From: an uncultured Gammaproteobacteria bacterium
Lineage (GTDB): Bacteria > Pseudomonadota > Gammaproteobacteria > Xanthomonadales > Xanthomonadaceae
DNA: 39,470 nt
Assembly: GCA_966250755.1 (NCBI GenBank)
Contig: CBININ010000001.1
Coordinates: forward strand, 1 to 39,470
Reading direction: 5' to 3'
Numbering within the stretch: position 1 is the first letter of the stretch; every line of letters begins with the position of its first letter. The position numbers and the translations under genes are program-made. Below the pieces are notes generated by a model. That model had not been told where the DNA came from and did no database searches. It saw only the letters and a list, made by a program, of their open reading frames with translations. Below are positions 36,908 through 39,470 of this stretch, piece by piece.

Positions 36908-37915
36908 ATGCAGCCACCGGTCGAACTGCGGCCGGAGGGTTTGTATTGCCCCGCCGGCGATTTCTTCATCGACCCGTCGCAACCGGTGCCGGTGGCGTTG
37001 CTCACGCACGCCCATGGCGACCACGCACGCCCGGGTAGCGAGCGCTACCACGCCGCGGATGCGGGACTCGGGCTGCTGCGGTGGCGCTTGCCGGACGCGG
37101 CGGTCTACGCGCATGGCCATGGCGAGGAGTTCACGCTCGGGCGAGCGCGGCTGTCCTTCCATCCGGCCGGCCACATCCTTGGCTCCGCGCAGGTGAGCAT
37201 CGAAGCGAACGGACGCCGATGGGTCGTGTCCGGCGATTACAAGCGCCAGGCCGATCCCACCTGCGCGCCCTTCGAGCCGCTGCCCTGCGACGGCTTCCTC
37301 ACCGAGGCGACCTTCGCCCTGCCCATCTACCGCTGGCCCGACACCGCCGACGTCATCGACGCACTGGTCGCGTGGTGGCGCGCCTGCGCCGGACGCGGCG
37401 AAACGGCGCTGCTGTACTGCTATGCCCTGGGCAAGGCGCAGCGCGTGCTGGCGGAACTGGCGCGACGCCCGCCGGATGACCTGCCCGAGCCCATGGCCTG
37501 GTTGCATGGCGCCATGCTCGAACCCACGCGTCTCTATCGCGAGGCCTGTGTCGCGCTGCTGCCGACTGCGCCGGTGATGGACGCGGCCAGGCGCGGCGAC
37601 TTCGCCGGGCGGCTCGTGCTGGCGCCGCCGTCGGCGCAGGGGTCGCCCTGGCTGCGCCGGCTCGGCCCGCTGTCGCCGGCGCATGCGTCGGGCTGGATGC
37701 GCCTGCGCGGCAATCGCCGGCGCCGCGGCGTGGATCGCGGCTTCGTGCTGTCCGACCACGCCGACTGGCCGGCGCTGCTCGACACCATCGCCGCCACCGG
37801 CGCGCGCGAGGTGCTGGCCACGCACGGCGACGCGCATGCGCTGGTACGGGTGCTGCGCGAGTCCGGCCTGAACGCCCGCGAACTGCAGGCCGGCTACGGC
37901 GGCGACGAGTCGTGA
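36908..37915 (+). CDS. ligase-associated DNA damage response exonuclease (metallo-beta-lactamase/beta-CASP-like)
   Basis: THAHGDHARPG, PAGHILGSAQ, SGDYKR, TEATFALPIY, ASGWM, SDHADW, THG; directly upstream of an ATP-dependent ligase. Confidence 0.92.
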   Translation: MQPPVELRPEGLYCPAGDFFIDPSQPVPVALLTHAHGDHARPGSERYHAADAGLGLLRWRLPDAAVYAHGHGEEFTLGRARLSFHPAGHILGSAQVSIEANGRRWVVSGDYKRQADPTCAPFEPLPCDGFLTEATFALPIYRWPDTADVIDALVAWWRACAGRGETALLYCYALGKAQRVLAELARRPPDDLPEPMAWLHGAMLEPTRLYREACVALLPTAPVMDAARRGDFAGRLVLAPPSAQGSPWLRRLGPLSPAHASGWMRLRGNRRRRGVDRGFVLSDHADWPALLDTIAATGAREVLATHGDAHALVRVLRESGLNARELQAGYGGDES

Positions 37916-39470
37916 AGCGCTTCGCCGCCCTCTACCGCGACCTCGATGCGAGCACCTCCACCCTGCGCAAGCGCGAGGCCATGCTCGCCTATTTCCGCGA
38001 CGCGCCGCCGGCCGACGCCGCCTGGGCCCTGCGCATCCTCTCCGGCGGCAAGGTCGCGCGTATCGCCAACGGCCGGGAGATCCGCGACTGGGTCGCGGAC
38101 GCCAGCGGGCTGGCGGAGTGGCTGGTGGACGAATGCATCGCGCAGGTTGGGGATCTTGGCGAGGCAGCGACGCTGCTGGTGGACGAACCTGCCTCGCAGC
38201 GCGCGGAGCGCACGCTCTCGCGCTGGATCGAGGATCGCCTGCTGCCCGTCGCCGGCGCCGAGCCCGCGCGCCGCCACGACGTCGTGCTGCAAGCCTGGCG
38301 CGAACTGCCGGCAGACGAACGCCTGGTGTTCAACAAGCTGATCACCGGCTCGCTGCGGGTCGGGGTGTCGCAGCGCGCGGTGCAGCAGGCGCTGGCGGAG
38401 CTCGCCGGCCTCGACATCGGGCTGATCGCACAACGCATGATGGGACCGTGGACGCCGGACGAGGGTGCGCTGTCGCGCCTGCTCGCGCCCGCCGATACGG
38501 CGACCGAGCCGGCCCAGCCCTACCCCTTCTTCCTCGCTTCGCCGCTGGAACAGGCGCCCGAGGCTTTGGGCGAGATCGACGACTGGCTACTGGAATGGAA
38601 ATGGGACGGCATCCGCCTGCAGGTGCTCAAGCGCGGCGGCGCGCCGGCACTGTGGTCGCGCGGCGAGGAGCGCCTCGATGGTCGCTTCCCCGAGATCGAG
38701 CGCGCGGCGGCGCGCCTGCCGGACGGCTGCGTGCTCGACGGCGAACTGCTGGCCTGGTCCGACGACGCGGGACTCTTGCCGTTTTCGGCATTGCAGCGTC
38801 GCATCGGGCGGCTCAAGCCCGGTCCGAAACTGCTGGCCGAGGTGCCCATGCGCGTGCAGGTCTACGACCTGCTGGAGATCGAGGGCCGTGACCTGCGTGG
38901 CGAACCCTTGCGGGCGCGACGCGAGCGCCTGCAGGCGCTGCTCGCGGCCACCGCGGATCGGCGACTGCAACTCTCGCCTCGCGTGCAGGCGCGCGACTGG
39001 GCGCACGCGGGCGCGCTGCGCGAGGGCTCGCGCGTTTCGGGCGTGGAGGGGCTGATGCTCAAGCGCCTCGCCTCGCCCTACCAGATCGGGCGTCGCCGAG
39101 GAGACTGGTGGAAGTGGAAAACCGACCCGCTCACCCTCGATGCCGTGCTGGTATACGCGCAGGTGGGCAGCGGGCGGCGCAGCACCCTGTTCACCGACTA
39201 CACCTTCGCGGTCTGGGACGGCGAGGCGCTGGTGCCGGTGGCCAAGGCCTATTCGGGCCTGACCGACGCCGAGATCGCCCGCCTCGACCGCTGGATCCGC
39301 GCCAATACGCTCGAACGCTTCGGCCCGGTGCGCTCGGTGCAGCCGCTGCAGGTGTTCGAACTGGGGTTCGAGGGCGTCAATGCCAGCACCCGCCACAAGT
39401 CCGGCGTGGCCGTGCGCTTCCCGCGGATCCTGCGCTGGCGCGAGGACAAGCCGGCGGCGGAGGCCGACCG
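37912..39470 (+). CDS. ATP-dependent DNA ligase (runs off the window end)
   Basis: GTG at 37912 overlaps the exonuclease stop; in-frame motif I EWKWDGIR, III LDGEL, IV EGLMLK, V WWKWK, VI RFPRILRWREDK; absent from the ORF track because no stop lies in the window. Confidence 0.93.
   Translation, partial: MKRFAALYRDLDASTSTLRKREAMLAYFRDAPPADAAWALRILSGGKVARIANGREIRDWVADASGLAEWLVDECIAQVGDLGEAATLLVDEPASQRAERTLSRWIEDRLLPVAGAEPARRHDVVLQAWRELPADERLVFNKLITGSLRVGVSQRAVQQALAELAGLDIGLIAQRMMGPWTPDEGALSRLLAPADTATEPAQPYPFFLASPLEQAPEALGEIDDWLLEWKWDGIRLQVLKRGGAPALWSRGEERLDGRFPEIERAAARLPDGCVLDGELLAWSDDAGLLPFSALQRRIGRLKPGPKLLAEVPMRVQVYDLLEIEGRDLRGEPLRARRERLQALLAATADRRLQLSPRVQARDWAHAGALREGSRVSGVEGLMLKRLASPYQIGRRRGDWWKWKTDPLTLDAVLVYAQVGSGRRSTLFTDYTFAVWDGEALVPVAKAYSGLTDAEIARLDRWIRANTLERFGPVRSVQPLQVFELGFEGVNASTRHKSGVAVRFPRILRWREDKPAAEAD

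Noticed and set aside
38118-38891. ORFs listed in the track within 37946-39449
   Set aside because: All overlap the true ligase frame starting at 37912, which carries the conserved ligase motifs

Overview
A GC-rich, gene-dense chromosomal segment. Gene content and order suggest a Xanthomonadales bacterium (Lysobacter/Arenimonas-like); this is an inference. It holds about 36 CDSs. Housekeeping and stress genes include ybbP-ybbA/tesA, GST, class I fumarase, uup, slyD, fpr, glutathione peroxidase, dctA, a cold-shock protein, NUDIX, YceH, rhomboid and AsmA. Secreted enzymes include a GH44 glycosidase, an M14 peptidase and a PA-domain HExxH metallopeptidase. There are two c-di-GMP proteins, and the window ends in the start of the exonuclease/ATP-dependent DNA ligase repair operon. 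I saw no rRNA, tRNA, CRISPR array, transposase or integrase. The most interesting items are: (1) an unannotated 32-aa lysine-rich gene (23294-23392) whose stop codon overlaps the apparent, non-canonical start of a HI0933/BaiN-type flavoprotein; (2) a large structured inverted-repeat element and a G-run repeat between dctA and gpx; (3) a coupled small secreted protein plus PA-metallopeptidase operon with CRP/Clp-like boxes, flanked by an intact diguanylate cyclase and a degenerate REC-GGDEF-EAL protein; (4) a membrane-anchored LytTR regulator divergent from an acyltransferase. None is proven novel. All calls come from reading motifs by eye, with no database searches.
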